Shown here in pieces: positions 1-10,891 of a DNA stretch of 64,000 bases; the stretch's first letter is position 1, and each line of letters starts with the position of its first letter. A program made the position numbers and the translations under genes. The DNA comes from an uncultured Acidobacteriota bacterium. GTDB lineage: Bacteria > Acidobacteriota > JAQAZP01. The notes under the pieces are model-generated. The model was given only the letters and a program-made list of their open reading frames with translations, was not told the origin of the DNA and made no database searches. The DNA lies in NCBI GenBank assembly GCA_963836075.1, contig CAWIIB010000001.1, positions 2,233,833 through 2,297,832 on the forward strand. The letters run 5' to 3'.

Positions 1-210
1 CGGCGATGTCGTCGCTATCTTGGATGGTTCATGTTTGTGGAGATACCGACCTGAAACGCGCTGCATGCTGGGCAGGATTCAGCATTATTATGTGTATGAT
101 AATTCAGATTCCTCTTATCAATCCTAGCATTGATTTCCGCGTTGTTCTAACACATCCCCGCCGCCACGTTCGTCCCCCAAGTCATTGCAAACTGGAAAAG
201 CGCTTTGTTG

Positions 211-558
211 TCAGTCGATGTATTTGATTACATCGGCCTCGATAAATGTGACAAAACGGGTAACGACTACATAGAACTCGTCTCGCTCAACGTATCGAAT
301 ATTGATGCAGGCGTCTCCACCCTTTTCCGCCGCCATCCTGTCCAGTTCCTTTTGGATGTCCTGGTGCAGATCGGCTTGCTTTTTCAAGCCGATCAAGCCG
401 AACAGATGGAAAACTTCTACCTTGCCTTCTGTATGGCCGACCACTTCGAACGGCTTTTCATAGCTCGAATCAGCTATTGATAAGTGTGTATAGGCACAAC
501 CGAACATCATTGTCGCCAAACACATCAGACCTGCGAGCAGCATAATGACCCTTTTCAT
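211..558 (-). CDS. Small lipoprotein (Bor/TRL-like, uncertain)
   Basis: Start MKRVIMLLAGLMCLATMMFGC after an AAAGGAG RBS; lipobox-like FGC; short beta-rich mature part. Confidence 0.6.
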   Translation of the reverse strand: MKRVIMLLAGLMCLATMMFGCAYTHLSIADSSYEKPFEVVGHTEGKVEVFHLFGLIGLKKQADLHQDIQKELDRMAAEKGGDACINIRYVERDEFYVVVTRFVTFIEADVIKYID

Positions 559-1128
559 TGGGACTCCTTTCGATATGGTTGTCCTATCCAAACAGATGAT
601 GCTTGAATTCTCGGTTTCCTTTTAAGCCTGTCAAGGGGAGAGCCCCGAATATCGGGCCATGTTTGCCGCTGACCGTTTATCGCTCTGCCTTCAGTGGTTA
701 GACTCATTGAGTTCGCCTTCGAAGATGGCGTCGGCCGCATGCTGACCGGTCCACGGCCAACCCGGTCAATTGGCAAGCAAGCCTCATGCCGTCTGCCCCT
801 TCCACAGCAAACTGAGGGAATTCAGCCGTTCGGCAGGGCGATTTTCCCGAACTCCGGCCAGACGTCCTCTGAAATGGACAGACATTTTTCACACCGCCGG
901 TGAACTGGTGTTGTGGCTCATGAAAAATCCATCCGACGCGCTGAAGGTGCCAAACGAATAAACGGAAAGATCGTTCGGAGTGAGGAATTGAAGCATCATC
1001 GATGGGGGAGATCAGCGAGACCGTCGAATCGCCACCTCACGAAGTTTACCTGACCAAAGATCGCGACCCGGGACACAACGACCCTGCAGTTCTATCTGAT
1101 GCGGAAGGCTTGGATCTCCACGGCCAGA

Positions 1129-1680
1129 TCAGGCGGCCCGACGGGTGTAGCGATGGTGGAGTCCACCGACCTGCGGGAGTGCGATTACCTTACCCATCTT
1201 CGGCGGCTTTACAGCTCTTGGTTCCGGACAATCCTTATCGAGCGACAGGTGCGTTCGAGACTGTTGGTAATACAGGAAATACTCTTTCAGGATTCGCCGG
1301 AGATCCTGTTCGTTGATGACGATGACAGCACCCCAGGTCGGATTTTCTCCGGACATTCTTCTGATCAGATCCCTGATCTCACGTGCAACTCGAGGCCGGC
1401 CTCGGTTCTGCCGGCGACTCTTCAGTTGCCAGAAGAGCTTGAAGCCCATTCGATGCCAGGAAATAAAGGTTCCAGGCTTGACGACAACGAGCACCTGGTT
1501 CCAGTCTCGCCATATCCTGGAAAGGAATACCCAGAACAGTCGATCGGTTTTGGTCAATCGAGGGCTTTTCATCGTTCGACTGAGGATGGCAAGCTGTTGC
1601 CTGAGTGCCAGGTTCTCCAGGGCCAAAGTTCGTTAAGTTCTCAGTGCTGAAAAGATGGTTGTGAGGAGTTTGTACATCAT
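1129..1680 (-). pseudogene. Integrase-core (IS3/IS481-like) transposase remnant with internal deletion
   Basis: N-terminal LENLALRQQL...DRLFWV...WHR...GRP...ENPTWGA joined directly to C-terminal VINEQDLRRILKEY...RTHLSLDKD...GGLHHRY; the rve/DDE core is missing; in-frame TAA near 1633. Confidence 0.8.
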
Positions 1681-1812
1681 CCAGGCATGACACGCTCACG
1701 AAGCGCTAAGCTCAATGATCTCAAGTATTACGTGTTTTACAGGTGGGACACCCTGACAGCCACTCCTTGACTGTTCACCGGTACGCGAACTATACTTTAT
1801 CTTATTGGGAGA

Positions 1813-3948
1813 ATGAACGTGGCAAGAATCTTCTCAATCATCTTCATCCTGTTTACGATCTTCTTGCCGACAGCCGATCACGCCTTATGCCAATTCACGC
1901 CCACTTGTGAGGTTGTTGAGATACAGGAGATCGTGCCTGACTTTTCATGGGGCTATCTTCGCGGTGTGAAGCAACCGTTGGGAAGTTACTTCGACGGCTG
2001 GAGCATTCATCAGACAATTAAGCCTGATCTCCCCCCCCAGTCTGGGCCATATGAATTTTACCATGTTCCAGATGACCCACTTGAACCGGATGGTCCTACC
2101 CATACCTTTGGAGGAACCCTCCTCGGGATGCCCGATAATATTGCATGGGCTCACGAAAAAACTACTGGTTCCCTTGAATCCGGTATCCGAGAATTTCCGG
2201 GCGCCGGCATAAGCCATTGGATGGCTAGACCTTCAGGTGTTGCGACATTCAGTCCAGGTGGAACGATCTGGTATACCTATGGCATGAAAAATGTGGAACA
2301 TATTGCCGACTGTTGGATTCCTCCGTTGGATCCCACCCCCATGCCGTTCGATAAGTGGGATTTATATAAAGGTTCGTTAGTGGAAAATTCCTCTTCGTTC
2401 GCAATTGACGAAATTCCATTCCTCACTGATTTCGTACCATATGAAAATAACGGAATTGAATATGATGACATGTCACCATCAGGAGGATGCCTGCATGCCA
2501 CTTTAGATGACCATTTACTCTTTTTCTGGCGAAATGGAAACAGTCGTTCAACAGATACGACCATCAGGTTCAGATCATACAGTGCAACCACTCCGGGTTA
2601 CTCGTCGGATTATCTGGATCTGGGAAAAGGGTCTGTAGCGCCAACGGCAACGGAACAGCCGAACCCCAGCCATTATTCAAGTACCACATCTCCTCGAGAC
2701 GTAGATATCACGATTGAACAATTGTGGACCAAGTATGATCCCCGATGGGATTTGACTTTTGCCACCTGGCAGTATTTCATCAAATGGAAGACTGACTACC
2801 CAAATATGACACCGACCATCAATAGCTTTGGATCCTGTCCCTTTGTTTACAGCGAAGATGATGGTGTCAGTTGGAAATTTGCAGACGGAACAGTTGCAAA
2901 CGGGGAATTCCCCCTGACCTACCCCCTCCATGATTATCCTCATCCTGACGCTCCAACGTATCGTGATGTGATCATCCCGGATGACCATTTGGAGGGAGCT
3001 GACTGCTTTACTGCTTACACTGTTCCACCCAGGCACATCAATATGGCTCTCAATGACCTTGGTGTGGCGCCGGGCGATCCCATGAATGGTGATGATCCCA
3101 TTTTCTGGATGGTTATGCCTGAGGGATCAACTCCAACGGGATTGGCCATTGAGAGCGGGATAAACTTCTGGTCTTATGATTCTGGAAATCCAACTGCCAC
3201 GTCATGGGCCTGCACACCCCTGACCACTGATGATGGATTCACCGGAATGACCAATTCGAAGGGCTTTGCCTGTGGAGTGACAAAAGATTACCTGATCTTT
3301 GTTTATGCTGCCAAGTATGGATCGGACGATCAAAGAAACATCTTGAAAGCAAAGGTTGGGTGGGTTACTGATTCAGGTGAAATACTCTGGAGCGATCCTG
3401 AAAATATTGTTACACTCAGTGAAGATGACGATACGATTAACTGGGTGTCATTTGTCCAGCCTGCTGCAGGCTATGACGACAACTTCGCAAGGTTCTTCTT
3501 TTCCTACTCCGATGAGCCCGGTTCTAACCCCGAGCAGTATCGCAACAAGATTGGCTGGGTGAAAGTGAAGGTTCGGGGTACGCTGAGTGCTGAACTGAAT
3601 TGCACGCCTTCCGCCGGCACGTTACCATTTTCCCCCCTCATGCAGTTCGAGGTTCGGAATCACTATCTGTCTTATCGTAAGTCGTTCATCAGATTAGCTT
3701 TGACTCTCGCCACCGGCACTCATTATGGAAACTGGAGGCATGGAAATACAACCCTCGATACGGAAGAAGTTTTCCATTATCAGTTCAGGCCGGTATTTCC
3801 TGATTTTCCAACCTTATATGGTGATAACCATTTCAATTTAATCGTTGAGGACCTCACGCCGCCTCCATACAATGTGCCGCCATTCTGGCCCGAAGGTGAC
3901 ACTGACACAGATCTCTGCACGGTAACCGGCATTGCCCCATTACCATAG
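1813..3948 (+). CDS. Secreted protein with BNR/Asp-box motif and a divergent copy of the shared C-terminal domain
   Basis: Signal peptide; YSEDDGVSW Asp-box; ends CTPSAGTLPF...WRHGNT...EDLTPPPYNVPPFWPEGDTDTDLCTVTGIAPLP; lower GC than flanks. Confidence 0.8.
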   Translation: MNVARIFSIIFILFTIFLPTADHALCQFTPTCEVVEIQEIVPDFSWGYLRGVKQPLGSYFDGWSIHQTIKPDLPPQSGPYEFYHVPDDPLEPDGPTHTFGGTLLGMPDNIAWAHEKTTGSLESGIREFPGAGISHWMARPSGVATFSPGGTIWYTYGMKNVEHIADCWIPPLDPTPMPFDKWDLYKGSLVENSSSFAIDEIPFLTDFVPYENNGIEYDDMSPSGGCLHATLDDHLLFFWRNGNSRSTDTTIRFRSYSATTPGYSSDYLDLGKGSVAPTATEQPNPSHYSSTTSPRDVDITIEQLWTKYDPRWDLTFATWQYFIKWKTDYPNMTPTINSFGSCPFVYSEDDGVSWKFADGTVANGEFPLTYPLHDYPHPDAPTYRDVIIPDDHLEGADCFTAYTVPPRHINMALNDLGVAPGDPMNGDDPIFWMVMPEGSTPTGLAIESGINFWSYDSGNPTATSWACTPLTTDDGFTGMTNSKGFACGVTKDYLIFVYAAKYGSDDQRNILKAKVGWVTDSGEILWSDPENIVTLSEDDDTINWVSFVQPAAGYDDNFARFFFSYSDEPGSNPEQYRNKIGWVKVKVRGTLSAELNCTPSAGTLPFSPLMQFEVRNHYLSYRKSFIRLALTLATGTHYGNWRHGNTTLDTEEVFHYQFRPVFPDFPTLYGDNHFNLIVEDLTPPPYNVPPFWPEGDTDTDLCTVTGIAPLP

Positions 3949-4252
3949 ATTTCCCCTCCCTGTGGCTCCTCAAAATTCCATCCGACGTGCTGAGGGTCGA
4001 CCTGATGGCAATGGTTGTGATTCGGAGGGAGGTATACCGGTCCATCGAGTTTGTACGGCCAAATGGATATCATGAACAGTTGCATAAGGCCTTAGCCAGC
4101 ATTCTTGACAACCCGCCGGAATGTTCTTACATTTGTATGCAGTTGCGATCGCTCTGATCATCCGGTTCGGGAATGCTGTTTGTCCACCGTCATTCCCATT
4201 CGAATCACAAAGAAATGAAAACGTTCCCATTGTGAACAGGAGGTCATCGCCC

Positions 4253-6016
4253 ATGTTGCGTAGTATTCAGATCCTGGTGCTGACCCTGCTGGCATTGTTC
4301 CTCCTCGCTGATGTCTCCTCAGCCACTGATGTCTCGACCACCGTGCAGCAGGAGGAGGCCGGGGCCGTCCAGCCGGCCGTACGGCTCGATGACGGGCCAT
4401 CGTCGGGTCCCTGCGACCCGGTGGCGGCGCTGATGGGCGGGAGCCGGACGGCAGCGATCCTCTGGCACAGGAACCATGAAGACGCTATCTACACCTCCAC
4501 GGGTCTCAGTGGGGCCGCAGAGATGGCCTTTGCCGGAACGTATCTCAATCCGCCGATGCATGCCGAAGCCACGCCGCTTGCGGGCGACGGTACGCCTGAT
4601 TGGACATCTGGCGGGAACCATGTTTTTGTGGACGCCTCGCGCGACGGCCAGGTGCTCGCCGCGGTGGACTTTTACGATGCCGAGTCACGGGCCGTGATTT
4701 CGGAATGGCGCCCCGGCTCCTCCACACCCCTCTGGACCTATGAGGTCTCCCCCTGCCGCTCGCTGGTCTACGGCGGGTGGGCCAGCCGCAAACCGATCCA
4801 GGTCTCCGACGACGGCTCGACCATTGCGGTGGCCCTGGTCAAGACGCCCGGTGGCAGCGACCTGGGCCATCTCTATGTCTTCGAAGCCGGCAGTGGCACC
4901 CCGGTGGTCGACTGGGATTTCCCCACCGGCAACGTCGTGGCCATGGACATGACCCCCGGGGGTGAATACATCGCCATGGCCGGATGGCCCAACGTCCACG
5001 TCTACGATCGTGTCGGCGACACCCTCCGCTGGAGCGGTCCAATTTACAGCGGCAACGACGCACTTTGCATCTCCGCCGACGGGCAGTATCTGGCCTGGGG
5101 CTGGACCACACTGAGGGTGCTGCAGTGGAGCGGTTCGAGCTACGACTCCTTCTGGACCTACAGCCCGGGCAGCGGTTACTACCTGGGGCAGTGCGCCTTC
5201 TCACCGGACGGGACCTTGCTCGCGCTCGCTTTCGACAATGGCAGCACATCGCCCAACGAAGTCTGGGTCGAACTCCACGGGATGCCGACCCTCGATCTTC
5301 TCTGGGACTACGACTATGTGAGTGCGCCCCGCGAACCTTTTGTGCCGGCCGGTGATCAGAGAGACGGGTCGCAGCGCGACCCGACAGACATAACGTCCCA
5401 GATGTTCTTCTCCCCGGACAGCGAGCACTTCGCCATCTCCTCCTGGGGAGACACATTCCCCGAGGTCCACGTCTTCGAACGGTCTTCAGCGGTGCCGGTC
5501 TTCACCCTCGACACTCCCGGTTCGATGTACGACGTGAACATCGCCCCGGGCGCCGGAGGCGTCACCTACGTTGTCGCCTGCGGCAAGGGTGTGCATGCCG
5601 GCATATCGGGGCGGGGCGGCGACCTCTACGCCATCGGCATCAGCAGTTCCACCGTGGCTGCCGACCTGGCCTGTCTACCCTCATCGGGGACGGTGCCTTT
5701 TACGACCGCAATGACGGTGACCCTGACCAATCTCTATCCGGACCAGACCCGCCGCTTTGCCGGCCGCATCGACGTCAAACTGGCCGGCGGTGGTCAATTC
5801 CCCAGCTGGCGGGCGGGTTACACCAATGTTGCCGCAGGTGAAAGCTACGTCACCACCTGGAACCAGAATATCCCGGGCATTGGCACTCTGATCGGAGACA
5901 ACCTTTTCTCGCTGCAAACCGAGGACGTGACTCCCGCACCATTTAACCAGCCGCCGTATCCACCGGCGGGTGACACAGACAAGACGGCATGTACGGTAAC
6001 GGGGATAGCGCCGTAA
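4253..6016 (+). CDS. Secreted WD40-like beta-propeller protein with shared C-terminal domain
   Basis: AGGAGG RBS before MLRSIQ; signal peptide; repeats VSDDGSTIAV, MTPGGEYIA, ISADGQYLA, FSPDGTLLA, FSPDSEHFA; C-terminal domain at 5651-6016. Confidence 0.85.
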   Translation: MLRSIQILVLTLLALFLLADVSSATDVSTTVQQEEAGAVQPAVRLDDGPSSGPCDPVAALMGGSRTAAILWHRNHEDAIYTSTGLSGAAEMAFAGTYLNPPMHAEATPLAGDGTPDWTSGGNHVFVDASRDGQVLAAVDFYDAESRAVISEWRPGSSTPLWTYEVSPCRSLVYGGWASRKPIQVSDDGSTIAVALVKTPGGSDLGHLYVFEAGSGTPVVDWDFPTGNVVAMDMTPGGEYIAMAGWPNVHVYDRVGDTLRWSGPIYSGNDALCISADGQYLAWGWTTLRVLQWSGSSYDSFWTYSPGSGYYLGQCAFSPDGTLLALAFDNGSTSPNEVWVELHGMPTLDLLWDYDYVSAPREPFVPAGDQRDGSQRDPTDITSQMFFSPDSEHFAISSWGDTFPEVHVFERSSAVPVFTLDTPGSMYDVNIAPGAGGVTYVVACGKGVHAGISGRGGDLYAIGISSSTVAADLACLPSSGTVPFTTAMTVTLTNLYPDQTRRFAGRIDVKLAGGGQFPSWRAGYTNVAAGESYVTTWNQNIPGIGTLIGDNLFSLQTEDVTPAPFNQPPYPPAGDTDKTACTVTGIAP

Positions 6017-6105
6017 AGTGAGAACGCCGTCATTGCAGACTGTGCTGGCGAGCCGGCGAAGATCGTTCGGAGAGATATTCACTGCCGTGGGGTCAGGATA
6101 GACGG

Positions 6106-7068
6106 TCAGTCCTCTTCCTTGTCCCGCCCCTTCCCCTCCCCCAGCTGGCGCACCTGCCAGTCCAGTTTCTCCAGCAGCTGGCGGTTGACCGAGATCAGGT
6201 CGGCCAGCAGGCCGACGATGGCCAGCAGGAAGCCGCTGCCCAACAGCAGCGAGGCGAGGATAAGGGACTGCACCATGCCCGTCCCCTGTCCATGGCTGAA
6301 AGCCCAGAGGAAGCGCAGGCCCAGGAGAAGGCCGATGGTGAAGGGGATGGCGCCGAGGAACATGAAAAAGCGGAAGGGGCGGTAGATGACAAAGACCCGA
6401 ATGATGATCGAGGCCGAGCGGTAGACGTAGCCGAAGGCGCTCTTCATCAGCCGGGAGGGTCGGGGGCTGTCGTTGACCCGAACCGGCACCGAGATGGTGG
6501 GGATCCCCTTCTGCCCGGCCTGGATGATGGTTTCCAGGGTGTAGGTGTACTTGTTGAAGACGTTGAGCTTCATCGCCGCCTGGCGGCTGATCGCCCGGAA
6601 GCCGCTGGGGGCGTCGAGCACGCCGGTGTTGCTCACCTTGCGCACCGCCCAGCTGCCCAGGCGCTGCAGCAGTTTCTTCCCTGCTGAGAAATGACGGATC
6701 TCCCTGATCGGCCGTGAGCCCACCACCATGTGGGCGTCGCCGTCGAGGATCGGCCGCACCAGCATGGGGATGTCGGCGGCGCGGTACTGGTTGTCGGCAT
6801 CGGTATTGACGATGATGTCGGCGCCGCGCTCCATACAGGCGTTGAGCCCGGTGAGGAAGGCCTGGGCCAACCCCTGGCGGCGGACGTGGCGCACCACGTG
6901 GTGCACCCCCAGTTCCCGGGCCACCTCGGCGGTGCGGTCCCTGCTCCCGTCGTCCACCACCAGCCACTCCACCTGGTCCACCCCGGGCAGTTCGGTGGGC
7001 AGGTCGGCGATGGTCCGGGGAAGAAACTCCTCCTCGTTGTAGCAGGGGATCTGGATAATCACTTTCAT
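6106..7068 (-). CDS. GT2 glycosyltransferase (polyprenol-phosphate glycosyltransferase, DPM1-like)
   Basis: IIQIPCYNEE, VDDGSRDRT, NTDADNQY, SGFRA motifs; two C-terminal TM helices. Confidence 0.9.
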   Translation of the reverse strand: MKVIIQIPCYNEEEFLPRTIADLPTELPGVDQVEWLVVDDGSRDRTAEVARELGVHHVVRHVRRQGLAQAFLTGLNACMERGADIIVNTDADNQYRAADIPMLVRPILDGDAHMVVGSRPIREIRHFSAGKKLLQRLGSWAVRKVSNTGVLDAPSGFRAISRQAAMKLNVFNKYTYTLETIIQAGQKGIPTISVPVRVNDSPRPSRLMKSAFGYVYRSASIIIRVFVIYRPFRFFMFLGAIPFTIGLLLGLRFLWAFSHGQGTGMVQSLILASLLLGSGFLLAIVGLLADLISVNRQLLEKLDWQVRQLGEGKGRDKEED

Positions 7069-7092
7069 CGTCGGCACCCGTCGTGAACAGCG

Positions 7093-8985
7093 TCAGGTCA
7101 GGCGGAACCAGTAGAACCAGATCCCGCTCAGCAGCAGGCCGGCCACCAGGATGGCCAGCGCCGCCCGCACCGCCGGCCGTTGCAGACCGTTGATAAAGGG
7201 GCGGAACGACAGCATCAGCACACAGGGAATCAGCGGGAAATAGTAGCGGGCCTGCATGCCGCCGGTGTAGCCGCTGACCAGATGGTAACGGTACACCCTG
7301 GTGAAATGGAAGACCATCATCAGCGCCAGGCTCACCAGGGCCAGGCGGTGCACGGTGAAAAACGGTCCGGATTCCTCCTTCTCCCGCAGAAAAAAGGCCC
7401 AGATGGCCAGCACCAGCGGCAGCACCAGCGGCAGGGCGCTGAACAGCGACTCCCGGAACACGCTCTCGTGGGAGAGGACGCCGGTCCAGGAGAGATAGAG
7501 CACGCGGAAGAAGCGCCGCAGGTAGGGGAAGAAGGAGAGGACCACCGGGTTCTGCGGAATCTCGTACCACACGTCGCCGAACTGGGGCAGGAAGGTGCGG
7601 TACAGGGCGTAGGCCCGCAGGTAATAGGCCAGGGGAACCAGGCAGAGCCCGGCAAAGAGTGGCAGGTGGAACCCGCGGAAGGCGGCGATGGACCGGTCGC
7701 GCCTGATCCGCAGGGCCAGGACCAGCCCGGTGAGAAACAGCAGTTGCAGGCCGGCGGTGGCCTTGACCAGCAGGGCCAGGCTCAGACCGGCCCCCAGCAG
7801 AACCAGCCCCCATGGCCGGGCTTTTGACTGCAGAAAGAGGATCGCCCCGTACACGGCCAGCCCCCCGGCCAGCAGCACCAGGTTGTCGTTGTTCACCGAC
7901 CCGGCGAGGTAGGGGATCATCGGCACCGCGCTGAGCGCCGCGGCGTAATAGATGTGAAAGGCCAGGGGCAGCGGCTCGCGGCAGCCGACCCAGAAGAAGA
8001 GCCCCAGCCCGCAGAGGCCCAGGGCGAGATTGACCAGGCGCAGGTCGTGGAACCGCGACACGATGGGGCGCGGGCCATGGGGGGCAAAGGGTTTGAGCAG
8101 GTGGTAGTAGAACGGCGGGTGGGCCAGGTCGTTGCGGTGGTCCAGCCGGGCCCCCCGCTCGGAGTAAAGAAAGCGGCTTTTGTAGTCGGGGAAGAAACGG
8201 CCGGTCTCGTCGAGGTGAATCAAGTACGACACGTGCGCCTTCTCATCCGGCGGGACGCCGTAGGGCGCCGTCTTCAGGCTGGTCCAGCCCTGGCCGGCAA
8301 CCAGCACCAGCGCGGCGGCATAGACCAGGAGACGGCTCAGCGGTATGGGGTGGGCCGCGGTGGACAGACCCACCGCCAGCAGCGCCAGCGCGGTCCAGAA
8401 GAGGAACCAGGCCGCCGTCCCGGCGCGGAGAAAGGAAACCGGCTCGAAGCGGGCCAGGTCCACATCGATCTGCGGGACACCGCTGGGGGCCGAAACGCGC
8501 CACAGGCCTGTCTTGACCTGCTCCAGGGCCAGCCGGTCCGACGGCTCCAGCAGGCCCGGGTCGATGGACCAGAGCGAGGTCCGGATTCCCCGGCGGCTGG
8601 AGACCCTGAGGTCACTGAGCAGGAAGGAAACACCTAACCGGCCCACCGCTTCGATGGACAGACGGCAAACAGCCGGATCGCGTACCGGCAGATGCACCGT
8701 CTGCAGTTGGAGCCCTGCGGCGGGGGGGGCCAGCAGGAACGGAACCTGCTCGGGAACCGGGACACCCTGCAGTGACCAGGATATATGTCCCTGACCGCCG
8801 TCCCCCTCTGCCCGGGCCACCAGTTCCACGGTTGTGGTGGGCCGGCCCAGGGGGACCAGGGCGGTGATGACGAAACAGACCGCAGCGGCCACGGTCAAGA
8901 GCTGGAGCCGTCGGCGATTCAAGATGGATTTCCTCAGTTCGGGACAGTCTGGGGAAAGTGTAGAGATTTTAGAGGATAGTGTCAA
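7093..8985 (-). CDS. Multi-pass GT-C-type glycosyltransferase (DUF2142/ArnT-like)
   Basis: PPDEKAH, HPPFYY, VNNDNL, QARYYFP motifs; many TM segments; start uncertain. Confidence 0.75.
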   Translation of the reverse strand: MTLSSKISTLSPDCPELRKSILNRRRLQLLTVAAAVCFVITALVPLGRPTTTVELVARAEGDGGQGHISWSLQGVPVPEQVPFLLAPPAAGLQLQTVHLPVRDPAVCRLSIEAVGRLGVSFLLSDLRVSSRRGIRTSLWSIDPGLLEPSDRLALEQVKTGLWRVSAPSGVPQIDVDLARFEPVSFLRAGTAAWFLFWTALALLAVGLSTAAHPIPLSRLLVYAAALVLVAGQGWTSLKTAPYGVPPDEKAHVSYLIHLDETGRFFPDYKSRFLYSERGARLDHRNDLAHPPFYYHLLKPFAPHGPRPIVSRFHDLRLVNLALGLCGLGLFFWVGCREPLPLAFHIYYAAALSAVPMIPYLAGSVNNDNLVLLAGGLAVYGAILFLQSKARPWGLVLLGAGLSLALLVKATAGLQLLFLTGLVLALRIRRDRSIAAFRGFHLPLFAGLCLVPLAYYLRAYALYRTFLPQFGDVWYEIPQNPVVLSFFPYLRRFFRVLYLSWTGVLSHESVFRESLFSALPLVLPLVLAIWAFFLREKEESGPFFTVHRLALVSLALMMVFHFTRVYRYHLVSGYTGGMQARYYFPLIPCVLMLSFRPFINGLQRPAVRAALAILVAGLLLSGIWFYWFRLT

Positions 8986-8998
8986 AAAGAGGGGGAAT

Positions 8999-9029
8999 CA
9001 GCCCCGGCCCGTGGAACGGACCGGGGCTG
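8999..9029 (-). terminator. Probable intrinsic terminator
   Basis: CAGCCCCGG/CCGGGGCTG stem just downstream of the gene ending at 9046; pyrimidine/T-rich tail on the minus strand. Confidence 0.6.
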
Positions 9030-9045
9030 CAGGAGAGGCAGGAGA

Positions 9046-10717
9046 TCAGGGGGCCAGGGCCAGGACCTGGCAATCGTCGATCGCGGTGTCCCCGGCCGGC
9101 GGGTAGGGCGGCTGGTTGAATGGCGCCGGGGTCACATCCTCCGCCAGCAGAGCAAAGGTGTTGACACCGAGCACCGTCCCCAGTGCCGGTATGGACTGGT
9201 TCCAGCTGGTGGTGAAACTTCCGCCGGCCGAAATATTGGTGTAGCCCGCCCGCCAGCTGGTGTACGAGGCGCCGCCGCCCAGGGTGGCGTCCACCCGGCC
9301 GGCGATCCGCCGGGTCTGACCGGTGTAGAGGTTGTCCATGGTCACGGTCATCACCGTGGTGAAGGGGACAGTGCCGATGGCCGGCAGGCAGTCAAAGGTC
9401 GCACTGACCGTGGCCACGGTCCCGGTAAAGGCGATGCGGCGCAGTGACCCGCCGCTGGGTCCGAACTGGGAGATATACCACAGCGCACCGTCCGGGCCCA
9501 CCAGGAAATCGGATGCGTTGCCCAGGCCCTCGGCCCAGTTTTCGGCGCTGGGCTGACCGGCCACCGGCGCCGCCGCCACCCACTGGGCCCCGTCCCAGGT
9601 CAGTCGGCGCATCCAGCCCTCGTAATACTCGATGAAGAAGCAGTCGCCCTCGTATTCCGGCGGGAAACTGTCGTCCAGGGGCCAGTCCGCCTGGCGGTAG
9701 AGCCCGCCGCTGGTGATGGCGGCGGTGAAACCGCTGCGGTCATACCAGCCGATGGGCCCGTCGTAGGTCGACCCGCCGGGCCCGCCCGGCTCGCTGCAGC
9801 CGCTGGTGGTGCGCACCACCGGACCTTCGCGGAAGGGCCAGCCGAAGTTCTCGCCGCCCTGGGCCTGGTTGATCTCCTCGTAGTCGAAGAAGCCCACGTC
9901 GGCGATGAACAGGTCGCCGGTGACCGAGTCGATATTGAAGCGGAACGGGTTGCGCAGTCCGTAGCACCAGGTCAGCCGCGTGTTGGGGTCGACGCTGACA
10001 AAGGGATTGTCCAACCGGAGTGATGTCGGCCTTGGCCGGGGGACCGGACCCGGAACCGGGCATCAGGGCGGGGTCGAGGCGCAGGACCACGCCGCGCAGG
10101 TCGTCGACCTGCTGGGCGGAGCACTGGTTGGCGTCGTCGCCGATGCTGACATAGATCATCTTGTCCGTGCCCACCCGCACCGTGCCGCCATTGTGGTTCG
10201 AGGCGTTGTCCGGGATGTCGGTGAGCAGGTGGTAGAGGCTGCCGGGGATGATCTGCAGGTTGCTGCTCAGCGGGTCGCTGAGGTCACCGGTGGCCTCGTA
10301 CATCGAGAGGAAATTGGTGCTGGTGCCGCTGTGGCTGTAGTAGACGTAGATGTACGGTCTGGTGGGCCAGTCGGCGTCCACGTCGATACCCAGCAGGCCC
10401 CGTTCGTTGCCCGTGCTGTTGACGGCGGGAACGGTAATCAGCGGATCGACGGCGCCGATGCTGCCGTTGACCACCAGCCGGATTTGTGCGGTTTTTTGCT
10501 CGATGACCAGCGCCCGCCCGTCGGGCAGGAAAGCAAACCCCACCGGCTGGCTGAAACCGGAGACCACCTCCGTCTCGGAAAAATCATCGGGAACGATGAC
10601 CGCCCCGAACAGGCCGGTGGATGCGCCGCAGAACAGTGCGATGCAGCAGATGAGTGAGAATGAATGGAGCCGCCGTTTGGCGGGGCCGTTAAATCCGGAT
10701 CTGTAGCGATGTGACAT
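9046..10717 (-). CDS. PQQ-dependent sugar dehydrogenase (GSDH-like propeller) with shared C-terminal domain; one frameshift near 10015
   Basis: FLPDGR, ERGLLGI, NHNGG, IGDD (ORF 9740-10807) continue into DNPF...YGLRNPFRF...DVG...EEIN...NFGWP (ORF 9046-10014); C-terminal domain at 9046-9414. Confidence 0.85.
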
Positions 10718-10891
10718 GTCTATCCCTTGTGTTATTCCATCCTGAATTGAAGAGTCGGGCGATCCCGCTCGCCCGTCGGAAAATCCGATTCCCCTATTGT
10801 ATACCATGATAGTAGGAATTCAGAACAGGAAAAGGACAACGGACCGGGCAACCCGAGGTGGATTGCCGCGGTCCGAGGAGAAGAGACGGGA

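Noticed and set aside
600-1100. Short ORFs upstream of the integrase remnant
   Set aside because: No motifs or consistent codon bias; probably decayed DNA.
5681-7813. 710-aa minus-strand ORF, and other long shadow ORFs (26169-27668, 32098-33642, 55998-58007)
   Set aside because: Alternative-frame or antisense products of high-GC genes; low-complexity, no motifs.
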